A stretch of DNA of 63,925 bases, the filler included, from Gonapodya sp. JEL0774 (lineage: Eukaryota): NCBI GenBank assembly GCA_027604505.1. It is 5 parts of 5 records of this genome, joined end to end, with 100 filler letters (N's around TTAATTAATTAA, not from the genome) between each part and the next. Parts side by side here need not be neighbours in the genome. Positions count along the whole stretch, not along the records: positions 13,730 to 27,234 come from JADIIX010000326.1; positions 27,335 to 40,779 come from JADIIX010000327.1; 3 more parts are not named here. One strand, 5' to 3'. This document shows positions 22,950-34,757 of the stretch, piece after piece. A model generated the notes under the pieces. That model was not told where the DNA came from. It did no database searches and was given only the letters and a program-made list of their open reading frames with translations. Every line of letters begins with the position of its first letter. The stretch's first letter is position 1. The position numbers and the translations under genes are program-made.

Positions 22950-24311
22950 TCATAAACCGACACGACGATTGTTGTAGCCCACTTTATCACACTGAATCAT
23001 CACAGTGCTATTTCCATTCCAATCCCGCAGCACCATTGGCCACATATCCCTTGCAGTCAGAATCAAATCCCTTTCAAAAGTGGTGCTGGCACCTCCTGAT
23101 AGATGGATTTTGGAGCGAGAACGGAGAGCAAGGTGCGTGATCAATGATTCCAACAATGCTCCAAATGTCCTGCAACCGGATGCATTCCCCCAAACGCCTG
23201 GTGCCGCAAAAATGACGTGAACAGAAATTTCATGCAGACGGGGCATCTGCTGTATCAGTACATGGAGTGAGGAAGACACCAACTCCTCTGACGTGAGTTC
23301 TTCCAGGTCCCAAATGCAGACACATACACTCAGTTTCCGTACCAAAGCCCCAGCCGAAGCGTGTCCAAATCTCATCTGCAGCAGTTCCCTGTCCAATTTG
23401 GGTCTTCCCACCTCCTCAACGTTTGGATAATCGTCCAGTAACTCAGTGAGTGAGTTCATTCCTATCGAATCAGGATCCTCCCACGAATTATCCCCACAAA
23501 AGATCGAGGTTACACTGTCTCTCCTCTTTCTTGAAACCAAAGTACTCAAGTGCCGAGCATTGGTAGATTTGAGGAGTTCGGGTTGGAACACTGACCCCAA
23601 GAGCTTGTGTGCTGAAGGAAAGGTGGAAAGGAGTTTTGCCGTGCGTTCGGATTTCCCACGATGATGCTCTGACTCTGCTTCAAGCACTTGGACACATGGA
23701 ATCTTCAAGTGGGGCGAAACCTTATCCAAAAGAAATATGGTGTGGTCCCCGTGCCGACCCAAACTGGCCTTTTGGACACCCAAATCGTGCAGAAAGGCCA
23801 AAAACTTCTCAAAAGTTTCTAATCGACTGAGATTGAAGCCGCTCCTGTAAAATCTGGTAGGTTTCGTATTCCAGGCGATGTTTGAAACGTGAAAGGTCAC
23901 CCTGTCACGCGGTACGTGAGTCATTGGGGAAGGTCTGATACTGGAGAACCGCTGTTTCAAGTAAAAGTGACCACCACTATATGCAATCTGTAGATATCGA
24001 GACTCTCTTGCAGTGAAATCCGCTACTGGAAGCTCCTCTGTTGCGGTGATGGCTGTCCACCCCGTCCACCGCCCTGGAGACACCTCCCACGAAGTAAATC
24101 GGGATTCGTGCTGCACGTGCAGATCAGAATTATCAGATTCAACAATGTGGATGATCCAGTTAACTCCGATGGCTCCTCCCGGGCATCCAGGTATCGCGTC
24201 CACCGAACACTCGCGCAACCATCGGCACAGCCGGGGGACGACGCCGTAAAAGGTCCGTGGGGGCAGGTAGCGGAAGATGCGATGAAGGACTTCCACGGGG
24301 AGGGTTTCCAT
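22950..24311 (-). CDS. F-box protein, lineage-specific family (paralog A), intronless
   Basis: N-terminal METLPVEVLHRIFRYLPP...VPRLCRWLRE F-box signature; degenerate LRR-like C-terminal half (QMPRLHEISV). Confidence 0.75.
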   Translation of the reverse strand: METLPVEVLHRIFRYLPPRTFYGVVPRLCRWLRECSVDAIPGCPGGAIGVNWIIHIVESDNSDLHVQHESRFTSWEVSPGRWTGWTAITATEELPVADFTARESRYLQIAYSGGHFYLKQRFSSIRPSPMTHVPRDRVTFHVSNIAWNTKPTRFYRSGFNLSRLETFEKFLAFLHDLGVQKASLGRHGDHTIFLLDKVSPHLKIPCVQVLEAESEHHRGKSERTAKLLSTFPSAHKLLGSVFQPELLKSTNARHLSTLVSRKRRDSVTSIFCGDNSWEDPDSIGMNSLTELLDDYPNVEEVGRPKLDRELLQMRFGHASAGALVRKLSVCVCIWDLEELTSEELVSSSLHVLIQQMPRLHEISVHVIFAAPGVWGNASGCRTFGALLESLITHLALRSRSKIHLSGGASTTFERDLILTARDMWPMVLRDWNGNSTVMIQCDKVGYNNRRVGL

Positions 24312-24748
24312 CTGGGGCTTTTGTTGGCTTTAGGTCAATGTGTGGAGTGCGGGCTGTGTCGGCTCCTAGCACATAAACAACAGGTGGGGGCCCCCGCTGA
24401 GCAATCATGCAAATACTGTAAACAGGGGCTGACGCTCATTCATTTTTGTCTTTCGATGTTACCCGGTCGGAAACTGACACCTTCATGGTTTGTGTGCAGG
24501 TATTGATCGACTCCCCGCATCCACGAGCAAATCAAAACGATTACATATATTAGAGTTACCACATCGCTTCATTTTGCAGCATGTAGGCAAGGTCTTGTAA
24601 CTCCTCTAGCATTCCGAAGCGTGTCTAAACGACAACGCCCCACTCGGTCAAGGCACCCACTTGCGCCTCCTAAATAACAGTGACAAATCACAATAGTCAC
24701 CGTCTTGAGGTGATGCAAATCGCGTGCCCGAACCAGACACGTCCCTCA

Positions 24749-26095
24749 TCATGCGATCCCCACTTTCCCACCACGAATTGTCACATCACAGTCTCCTGCC
24801 CAATTCAGCAGAACCGGCGGCCACGTCTCACTCGCAGACAGTATCAAATCTGTGTGAGTTGTTGAGTTGGCGTTTCCAGAAATGAGGATTTTGGAGTCGG
24901 AATGGAGAGCAAAGAGCTGGATGAATGCGTCCAACAACGTCCCCAGCTTCATGTACTCGGCCACATCCAAAGAAGTATCCCCGTACGTGAAGAAGAATCT
25001 GACATCGATTGAGAGTTCATGCAGACGGGGCATCTGATGTATCAGCTTATTGGAGAAAGCAAGTAATTCCTCCGCCGTGACCACCTGGAGGTCCGAGATC
25101 GCCACAGAGATGCTCAATTTCCGAACCATGGCACCCGAAGCTCCGTCTAGAGATAGCAACTGCCGCACTTGTGGATCAATTCTTATCCATATTCCCACGC
25201 CCTCGATGTTCGGGTAAATGTTGAGTAACTCAATGAGAGCAGGTACATCGATCGTGACCATGGGATTCTCCAAAGAGACCGAGGTGACAATATTTCGCCG
25301 CTCTCTTGATACCATAGTCACCAAGTGTCTTGTATCAGTTCTGTGTGGGATTTGGGGTTGGAATACGGTCCCGGAGAGTCGATGCGCTGATGGGAAGAGA
25401 TGAAGGAGACGCGCTGCGCGTAGTGAGTTCCCCTGGACGTCGGCTGACTCTGCCTCAATCTCCTGGACACGTGGTGCCCTTGATTGGGTAAGAATCGTGT
25501 CCGGCACATCCAAACTCCCCCCCTCCCCGAGGACGACACTTCCCCAATCCAGTATACGGACACGAAGGACACCCAAATTGTGAACGAGCATCAAGTACAT
25601 CTCAAAACATGCCACAAGGGTGCTATCGCTGTATACGTTCGACGATGAGGAGGTTTTGATGTTCCAGATGACTTGTGAAACGTAGAGGATGACCTTCTCC
25701 GACCCAACTGGAATCACGTTCGAACAGAACGCAGCACACCGCTCAAGGAAATCCGTTTTACCACTTTCTCCACTCCATACATCCCTAGAATGCGATGAGG
25801 CGAAATCGCCGATTTGGACGTCCCGTAATAATGTCAAGGCTGTCCACACCCTCCCGCATCCTCCAGACAACTCCAGAGATGTAAACTCCTCTTGAAACAC
25901 CAAGCGAGGCAGATGCTCGAAATTCACGATTTCGATGGCTACGTTCACTCCCACTGATCCTCCAGGGCATCCAGGTATCGCGTCCAAGGAACACTCGCGC
26001 AACCGTCGGGACAGCCGCGGGACGACACCGTAGAAGGTCCGCGGAGGAAGATAGCGGACAGCGCGCTGCAGGATTTCCACGGGGAGGGTTTCCAT
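24749..26095 (-). CDS. F-box protein, lineage-specific family (paralog B), intronless
   Basis: METLPVEILQRAVRYLPPRTFYGVVPRLSRRLRE...AIPGCPGG; colinear with paralog A (FPSAH.L.G.VFQP, QMPRLHELSI, WP..L..W.G). Confidence 0.75.
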   Translation of the reverse strand: METLPVEILQRAVRYLPPRTFYGVVPRLSRRLRECSLDAIPGCPGGSVGVNVAIEIVNFEHLPRLVFQEEFTSLELSGGCGRVWTALTLLRDVQIGDFASSHSRDVWSGESGKTDFLERCAAFCSNVIPVGSEKVILYVSQVIWNIKTSSSSNVYSDSTLVACFEMYLMLVHNLGVLRVRILDWGSVVLGEGGSLDVPDTILTQSRAPRVQEIEAESADVQGNSLRAARLLHLFPSAHRLSGTVFQPQIPHRTDTRHLVTMVSRERRNIVTSVSLENPMVTIDVPALIELLNIYPNIEGVGIWIRIDPQVRQLLSLDGASGAMVRKLSISVAISDLQVVTAEELLAFSNKLIHQMPRLHELSIDVRFFFTYGDTSLDVAEYMKLGTLLDAFIQLFALHSDSKILISGNANSTTHTDLILSASETWPPVLLNWAGDCDVTIRGGKVGIA

Positions 26096-26420
26096 CTGGG
26101 GAATTTGTTCGCTCGCAGAGATATGGGTTCGGTAAGGGAGTTCGTCAGTCTAGGAAGAACGTCTGGTCCGTTTGTAATTGAAACCAAATCGTCGGTAATT
26201 AATCGAAGAACCCAGTCCAGGTAACAATTCGCACCGGTTTCTAATTGGGTCAAAATTAGTTTAATAGGATCAATCAGGGCACGCTGGTCATCAAAACATC
26301 GGGTCCCTCAAACATGCTGCAATCACTTAGTCCCAGTACAATTTCAGTGCTGATTATTAATGCGAGATTATGCCAATATGTCCAAAAAATCTTTTATATC
26401 TCTCAGCCTTGTACTTGGGT

Positions 26421-27234
26421 TCAAGAAAACGTTGCTGAGAACTTCTCGGTCTCTTGCTGATTGAAATCGTTCATTCTTTTGTCGAAGCGTGATATGATCT
26501 CATCGAGAGCTGATTTCTCCGCAAAAGGTGCAGCATCTCTCAAAGACAACAGCATGGCCCTGCTCTTCATCAAGGACAGCTCCCTTGGAGTTTTAAATGC
26601 TGAATAGTCTTCCAATTCAATCCATGCATTAACTAGCGCCTCTGACGGAGGTAACACAAGTGGCTCTCGTTGATCCAATCTGCGCGGTAGGTTTGGTCGC
26701 TTTGATCCAGGGTTGTGTTAGAACTGGTGATAGAAAACTCCAGTGATGGACAATAAACTGCTTACTTCACCCATTATCGCTCGTGCATCCAGACCTGACC
26801 CGTCGAGATAATCGAAAACACACGCATCGGCAGTCTTCTTTAAGGTGGACAAGGCTTGAAAACGGGACATGGAAGTCATGCTGAGAGTTCGGTCCTCCCC
26901 AAGCCAAAAGAATTCCCACGTTTCAACGCAATCAGTAAGAACGACAAGTCCGTGGAACTGTTGCGGAGAATCATGGAACAGTAGCAGCTCCGCTATCGCC
27001 TGGTAAGTTTCTCTTGAAGATAGTGCCGGCTTCGGCTTTATGATTTCGACGAATGCAAACCGCATTCGCGAGACACGAATCTCTATATCGGGGGAACCAG
27101 TCAGTAGTATCTGCAGACACATAAATATCATGACCATCATGACGAAACCGGACGACTGCACTCACATTTGCTTCGCTCAATAAAATTGACAGAGGTTTTT
27201 CGTGGACATCTTCCACCTCGCATTCTTTGCGAAG
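26421..27234 (-). CDS. Crinkler (CRN)-like effector C-terminal restriction-endonuclease-fold domain (5' end in gap)
   Basis: LTGSPD...FVEIIK...YQAIAELL...LVVLTD...WEFFW resembles the PD-(D/E)xK-like CRN C-terminal motif series; GT-AG introns are present. Confidence 0.6.
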
Positions 27235-27334
27235 NNNNNNNNNNNNNNNNNNNNNNNNNNNNNNNNNNNNNNNNNNNNTTAATTAATTAANNNNNNNNNN
27301 NNNNNNNNNNNNNNNNNNNNNNNNNNNNNNNNNN

Positions 27335-29492
27335 TGCTATGTGAGCGCGTCATACAAAAATATATCTACACTACACTACGTCCCGCACGGCGACTCAGTG
27401 GTCATACAACAGGGGAACCTCTGCCCGACCACGCCCAAACAAGCTGTCATAGCAGGAAACTGACTACACATTTACAGTGCGAACTCTAGCACTCTAACCC
27501 ACCTGCAATGCTCGGAGGTAACGCCATCAAGTTCGCTGCAAACCAAAGGCTGAAGATCGGTAGGGATCCAGACAGCTGGAAGACTGTTGTTAGCATCTTT
27601 GCTCTTCGGCAAGGCGTGCACGAGTACATACAGGGGACAGTGCCAAAGCCTGTGGTGACTGGTCCCGGGTCACCGACTGTTGCATCCAGTACCCCCACAG
27701 CATCTGCATCCTCATCCACAACCACAACTCTGCCAACCTCTACCGCTCGTGTAACCACCACAGTGGGCACATCACTGGCAAGAGTGAGCGAGTTGGATGC
27801 ATGGCTTGCAAGGGATGGAATGGGGCAAGTGCTGTTAACAGCAGCAATTGACAAATCTCTTCTGGCTGCTCTCCGGGAGCACTTACCTGCAGATCCTGTC
27901 AACTACACTTTGTATCTCATCTACAAGGCGATCCTTGACTCTGTTTGACCTAACATTGGATCTCACACCATATCTCTCCACCAGCAACTCACCAAGCGAG
28001 AACTCCGTGGTGATGAGACGATCACCACTTACCTTTCTGAGAAGGGTAGCTTGACCCAGCAGCTCTGCAATGTCCGAGGTCGTGATTACACTGTGAGCGA
28101 GGTTTTGAAGTGGGTTGGTGCCGGTTTGCCCGCAGAGTACAGACTGCAACTTGGATTGGCCGAGTTCAGGCTGAAGGACGGCAAGTGGACAATTGAGGAT
28201 CTACGGATGATGCTCATAGAGAGGGAACATCAGTTAGCGGCAGAAGGTGGCAAGGCAGATGAGATCGGCAGTAAAGCATTCTCAAGTACGCACAACTCAC
28301 CTCGGTCCCGTGCATCAGGCTCCAACTCCAAACCTTTTCCCGGCAACTGAAACAGGTGTGGGCAGTACGGCCACATGGCACACAATTGTTCTAGCAAGAA
28401 GGACTCTCGGCAACGTGGGGACAGGTCGAAGAAAGGTGGTGGGCGGCAGCGGCGGGAAGGGCAAGAGCGTTCATTTTGTGAACACAATGGACATTCTCGT
28501 GTTCACACTCTCATCCAAGGACAGCTACACCAACACTCACCTGAAATGACCCCTGACTGAGCTGATCTGGGTCTCTGGTGCCACCCGGAGCTTGTCCAGG
28601 GATCAGGCAGTCATGGGGTCAAAGGGCGCGATTCCAGGGGGAGGAACCCTATCTGTGTTGGAACGATAAGTGTGACTGCAGTGGATAAGGCTTGGAAGCC
28701 AATGGGGAGAACTCAACTCACCGAATCCTTTTTCGTCCCCAAGTCTCACATCAAGATCGTTTTGCACGCCGCTTTCACCGACAAGGGCTGCAAACTTGTG
28801 GGAAAAGGTAAGAACCTGTCAATCAAGAAGGACTGCAAACTCTCTGTTACATCTCGCAAAACTCGGGGACAAAACTCTACTTGCTCCAAGGATATCCAAC
28901 TCACCTCAGCAATTCTGCACATTCTGCTCTCATCAGCATGTCTGATACTGCATCATCTGCATCATCTGTCGATCGTGGACTGCTCTGGAATGGGCACTTT
29001 GGGTACTATTTGCCGAAAAGGGTCTGGAAGACAATTGGTAGTGGACACGTTAGTGCGGTCAACGTCAATACTCCAGCTGACAGGGCAGTTCTTTGCCAAC
29101 CATGCATGGAGGGGAAGCAGACTTACCGGTCTTCTAACTGGAAAATGCCCGATGGTCATCGCTCCACTCAGGTCCTCAGTCTCGTGCATATGGATCTGGG
29201 ATCGGAGCAGCAAGTACTGTGTCAGTTGAGAATGCACGGTTTTAGTTAATGATCGTGGACAACTACTCGAACATCGAATGGACTTTGCCACTTACCTTGA
29301 AAGCGAGGGTTCCAGTTGCATTCGACACTTGGAGGACTCGCACAGAGCGGTTCACTGGAGAGAAGGTCCAGGCGGTACAGGTGGACAAGGGCGGCAAGTT
29401 CATGTCAAAGGCATTCGCAGGTTGCTTGGAGGAGGAAGGCGTGCATGTTTACAAGATGGTGACAGATGTGTCAGAACAGAATGGGGTTGCTG
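27335..29492 (+). mobile_element. Degenerate Ty1/copia LTR retrotransposon 1 (LTR end, gag, protease, integrase; 3'-truncated)
   Basis: LTR-like end ...CATACAACA followed by a PBS-like GGGGAACCTCTGCCC; gag with broken Zn knuckle (NRCGQYGHMAHNC); protease WVSGAT; CQPCMEGKQ; LVHMDLG; VDNYS; QVDKGGKF; EQNGVA. Integrase follows protease directly. Stops and frameshifts throughout. Confidence 0.9.
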
Positions 29493-29790
29493 TGTTGTGA
29501 GACGACGGCTCAAAGCGGGAGTTTAGCTGGAGTCACATGACCCCAGGAGCATGACGATAGTCGTCCCGGTTCACCCCACGCGTCACCCCTGGTTCTGGCA
29601 CCTGTTCCTCGGATAGATGCGATATCTATTAGTATGTAGGTGCGTATAGAGTAGGTTTTAGATATTTCTAGTGATCTTAGTTGTGCTGGCGGCTCAGCTG
29701 CAGCCGCTTAGTGACGCATTGTACGCGAGTTCAGACACATACATTGAGTTTTGGGACAGAAACCCAACGGTTCCGCTGCAAACCACAACA
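29493..29790 (+). repeat. 5' LTR of the gypsy element
   Basis: Starts TGTTGTG and ends CACAACA (7-bp terminal inverted repeat); TATA-like core; PBS directly downstream. Confidence 0.75.
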
Positions 29791-32047
29791 TTTGGTGCCG
29801 CTACTGCCACAATCCGCCTGCCCCTGTATCACTTCGCCCCACGGCCTCGTACTTTCTTTTTGACGTCGCAAACCAACCACATCGCCCCATCACCACTTGA
29901 AACCTCCTCCCACGTCCTGACCGTGGTATCAGCAGTCATCTGGCAACAGAAGAGTGTGCTGGGAACCAATCCAGTCAAGTCCTGGTAACCAAACCAGTGA
30001 CACGGGTGACCTACTGATACACTGGGCCGCTCCCTACAAAATGATGCACCGCGCCACCCTTCAGCAGACACTGAACCCTCCCACCCCTCACATGAACCCG
30101 TGAGCACAACCAATGTCCCCAGGAGCTACAATAATACCTTGGAAACGATTGAATTACTGGTGGCTGGCGTGTTCAAGACTTCTGCCCGGATCCGCCCCCT
30201 GCCCTCCTGATCAGTGAACCTTATCTTGAGCCTTCCAAACCTTCCCTCACGTCACCACCACCCCCGTCCAGTAACTCAACACCGACACAACTACCCATCA
30301 ACTTACCAGAGCTTGAAAACGCTTTCCCTTTCTTTATACGTCACCCTGTAGCCCCACTACCACGGATCTTGCAAGCCTACCGGCCCTTCCAACCTCATAT
30401 CGCAACCAATGTTGACCCCATCTCCGACTCAGCAACGCAATCATTGAATGCTGGTCAGGACAATGAAAGCAAAGTTGTTTACGCTTCCGCAGTTGTTTCG
30501 ATGGTGAACCGCAGCACCGCTGAGAGTGCTCCTATCGGCGAGCCTCCCTTCTCGCAGACCCCGGGTGATGCCTCTTCTTCAGGATTTGAAAGTGAACCAC
30601 TTACTCGACAGAAAAAACGTGCATTAAAGGGCAAGAGGAATGCGCGCCTCACTGCCTCTACTCGCGGCGTAACTTGGGCATCTTTACATCAAACCAACTG
30701 CTTTGCATCTTTGGACACTGAAACCAAATCTTCTTCTGATGAAAGTACAACGCAAACACAAACCCTTCTACCAGTTTCTACGTTGAGGTCTAGCATGTTA
30801 ACTCACGCGGTCTCGTCAACAACTGATAGTACGCACGTAGCCCCCATGCAAACTACCCCTACAATACCAGTTGCCACTTACACGTTCTCTGCCACCTCTA
30901 CCGACCATCCAGTACATTTGCAGCTTCGAATTCCTGTGAACTTACTTAACGTCCCCAGTCCTTAGAATGAATTGTCCACCCATTGCCGTATTGTTGCCTG
31001 CACTGATACCAGAGCACCTACCAGTCTTCTCGATGAACGATGGCTTCCTTGCAACATTGAAGTAATGCCAATACCTCTGAATGGACCTACGTTTGAAGGA
31101 CAGGGGAAGGAACGTCTACACATCCACGGCACCGCAACCATCTCCGTAGAATTTGAGGCGGACACTCAGAGACAATCCTTTGCTTGTAGAGTGTTTATTG
31201 GTAAAAACTTGGCACAAACGCTGTTGTTGGGAATTGAATTCTTCAAAGCGCACTCAACTTTGGTGCACCTTTACCTGGGATACTCCGCACTCTCTTTCAA
31301 CAACACACACCCGTCTTGGTAATCCCTGCGTACACAGAAATAGCAAACCCACCCCTGAGTACAAGTACTCCTGTACTACCCAACCCTGTTTGGCTTTCTA
31401 CAACCACTGCAGTCACTTTCACTCAATCTCCCACATCCTGGTCCACCCTTCTGCTCATGCTCCTGCCTTCCCTGTTGGCACGGTAAGTCTTGCAGATAAT
31501 CCTCACTGTAAACAAAAGCTGGACAATCCTCGAATCTTTGCAGCTGCTGTCAAAACGTCAACAAACCCTCAACGCATCCCAGTGATCAATATTCTACCTT
31601 GAGACATTTCAGTACACTCTAACTACCATATAGCTGCGCTCACGCCTATAAACAAGTCGTAAATTGTAACTATTTGTGAAAACCCAGACGAATCCAAGAG
31701 TATGCCTGCCTCGGTACCCCTGACCATCATTGATCATGCTCCATTGCGAACGCCACCACTTCACGTCAACGCCGTTCATAACGCCAATGGTAACTCTCCT
31801 ACAATGGTCATGGTTCTTTTGAATACCCTGCCAGCTGATGCACCCTGGTTGAAAGAACCCGCACCTTCAGAAACACTTTTAGCTGCCAGGGATGTAACTG
31901 CAGAAATCTCCGAACTCCATCTCGACCTTGCTCAGGAACGCCTATCACCATCACAAATGCATCGTCTTGCTAAGCTACTCCTACACTATAAAGCTCAATT
32001 TTCATTGACTAGCGCTGACCTTGGTAATACACCCTTCCCACCTGCAA
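29493..32047 (+). mobile_element. Degenerate Ty3/gypsy retrotransposon (5' LTR, PBS, gag-protease, pre-RT), nested in copia 1
   Basis: LTR 29493-29790 followed by TTTGGTGCCGC PBS; retropepsin remnants ACTDTRAPTSLL and LLLGIEFF; gypsy pre-RT linker LSPSQMHRLAKLLLHYKAQF...ADLG. Confidence 0.8.
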
Positions 32048-32064
32048 GGGACAGAGTTTCCCCC

Positions 32065-32237
32065 TGTACTTACATGTAATGATGTACACTTCCGAATACA
32101 ATGTAGTTTTCTCGCTTTATATAATGTTTACTCGCCCCAATACTGCGCACTCAGCTCACTGCACAGTGCTGCGCATCCCACAAGTGAATCAGGCACCATC
32201 CACAGCTCCCCCAGTTGCTGTGCTGCGATAACCAACA
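32065..32237 (-). repeat. 3' LTR of copia 2
   Basis: TGTTGGTTA...AAGTACA on the minus strand; near-identical to 34601-34757 apart from substitutions and an indel. Confidence 0.85.
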
Positions 32238-34600
32238 CTCCCCCAGCAGCCTGTGACTGTCCCACTGCTAGAGAGTCCACAAGCCTGCTTCCAATTCATT
32301 CCTCACACCGTTGACATGGTCAATTCCTGAGGTCTGTGTCCACCTTTCCGCTGCTCCAATTTTCAATCTATTAGTCGGCTTTCCTTTCTTGCGTGATTGT
32401 CCAAATAATCAGCTCGTTTCCAGTTTGGTTTAATTTCCATAGACACCTCAGTGTCGTGCAGAGAAACCTTCACATTCCCCAAATCAAACTCAATACTTCG
32501 AAATCCTCCATCAAACGACCGTATCGTATTGAAATCGAAATTCGATTGCATCAAAAACCATCTCCCAAATTGCAAGTCACCGTTTGTGTCGAGAACAGGT
32601 AACTGCGAATCATCCACTTCGAGTTCCGGCACACCGTCACTTATATTCTCCATTGATTCACTCCCCCAGACCCCGCAGGATGTCCACATTGCTGTACACA
32701 ACAGCCTCAACTCCCTTCCACAGGTCCAAGAGATCCCCATCGAAATCGATTGTTGACATGAAATGACCAACCAAGACCTGGTTCACCGACAATATTGTTG
32801 CTGGAGTGGAACTGCCGAATGGATTTCTCCACGTTAGTGCTGTCAACGCAAGAAGTGTCCATAGTGTTTGACCTGAACACCGTTCTGACATCATACTTCT
32901 CGTGACCTGACTCCATCCCTCTCCCATCAACCAAGCTCAAACCGTCCGCCAACAATCCTATCACCTTCACTTCTGTTTCCACTGAGTGCCCATTGCTTTT
33001 GATTCCATGAATACGGGCCTGACTGACCCTATCCACATTCTCCCACAGGTCACTGCCGGCCCGAAGCCCATCCCCCATCCGCCAATGCCCAGCAATCCGA
33101 CACGCCAGCAATGCGAGAAGAAGCCTTCCTGGATCCTCCAAGGTGAGTATGGTAGCCCCAAATGCGATATAGTCCATTTTCCTCAAGTCGCTCAATCCCA
33201 CACACTTTCGAATTTCCCTTCCAGATCTCCAAGTCGTGACCTTCCCCACAAATCGTGCATCCTGTTGCCGCAAATACACAATGGGCGACAACTTTCACAT
33301 TGAGATCGGGGACATACCAAGAATTGGTGAGTTCCAACGTCGATGTCGGCACCACCAACTCGTTGACCGTTGTGACTGAGAGTGTACCAACCCCCATCAC
33401 CTTCAGTGGCTTCCCAGCCAGATTCAAGGCATGCCTGTCCGCAACAGGCCGAATGTCTGAGAAGTTGTTCACATCCCAAGACATACACCGAGCCGCACTG
33501 GAGTCCCACAACAGTTCGGAACATGACTGATGCAGGTGAGTACGATTTGTTCCAGAATCCACTTCCGGGAGGCAGAAGAAATGAGTGTCCATAACGTTCA
33601 CCAACGCTGACTCCTTGTCCTTCCCCTTCCCCGACCGACTCCGACCTCCAACCTTTCCATTGCCCCTGCCTTCTCCGTTCCCACCTCCACCACTCTTCTG
33701 TTCCCCATCGCCACCACAACAAGAGCCCTCTCGAGAACAATCATAAGACTTGTGAACGCGCTCTCCGCAGATAAAGGACGTACCAGGGAACGGTTTGGGA
33801 GTTGAACGTGATTTGCAAGACCAAGGTGAGTTCTGAGTCATCGAGAATACTTTCCCTTCCTCCGATTTCTCATCGCGACACTCCATTTCCTGCTCTCTCT
33901 CAAGCAGTAACATACAAAAGTCCTCTATTGTAAGTGCCTTTTGCGGATGCATCGCTGCCGCCGAACCCATTTGACCATCATAGTCCTCACAGAGTGCACT
34001 TCCCATCCACTTCATCAGCTCCCCCACATCATACGTCCTCTCATTCATCGCACAGAGCTGCCGCACTTTGCTGGTAATGTCTGCCCACAATGTGAATATC
34101 TTCTCCCCTGGTTGCAGACGTCGATTCGCAAGGTGGTGGTGGATTGCAATAGCGTGAGTGACAATGTTAGGACGGAACGTCTGGAGAATTGCTGAGTATG
34201 TGAGTGCCGCTGTTGACTCTTCCAGGTCTGAAGGTAGCAAAGCATGAGTGTCCGCTAATACGTTCTCATCCACAGCTGAGACCAGGAGAAGCTGCTCCGA
34301 CAGATCTTTCTGCACCCACTCCTCAAGCTCTTCTTCTTCGGTGGGTCGCGACACAGAACCATGTAAGTAGCTGTAGAGTCCATACTGACGTGCCACAATG
34401 CTAACCGCCAATATCCACGCATCCAAGTTTCCATTCCGCTTGAGCCGTTCGCCCGCAAACTTGATGCTCGTCGTGGACATTGTGAGTATTGTTCCAGAGA
34501 GAAGAGTCGCACTGTAAATGTATAAACAGTCTTGTCACACGGTGGTTCTTCTCGGTACGTCAGTGGATGGACAGGACAGGGCGGGGACAGAGTTTCCCCC

Positions 34601-34757
34601 TGTACTTAGAGGTAATGATGTACACTTCCGAAAACAATGTGGTTTTCTGGCTTTATATAATGTTTATTCGCCCCAATACTGCGAACTGCTGCACATCCCA
34701 CAAGTGGATCGGGCACTGTACACAGCTCCCCCAGTCGCTGCGCTGCGCTAACCAACA
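34601..34757 (-). repeat. 5' LTR of copia 2
   Basis: Direct repeat of 32065-32237, followed by GGGGGAAACTCTGTCCC and the gag leader. Confidence 0.85.

Larger units (their letters stand above)
32048..34757 (-). mobile_element. Internally deleted Ty1/copia retrotransposon 2 (same family as copia 1), both LTRs present
   Basis: Direct-repeat LTRs at 34601-34757 and 32065-32237; PPT GGGGGAG before the 3' LTR; gag ORF from 34480 is homologous to copia 1 (IKFA..RLK, TIED..M.L.ERE, KPFPG); protease WDSSAA; integrase and RNase H remnants; RT missing. Confidence 0.9.

Noticed and set aside
29934..29946. TGGTATCAGCA resembling a tRNA-iMet PBS
   Set aside because: Not preceded by an LTR end; the site after the LTR at 29791 is the better PBS candidate.
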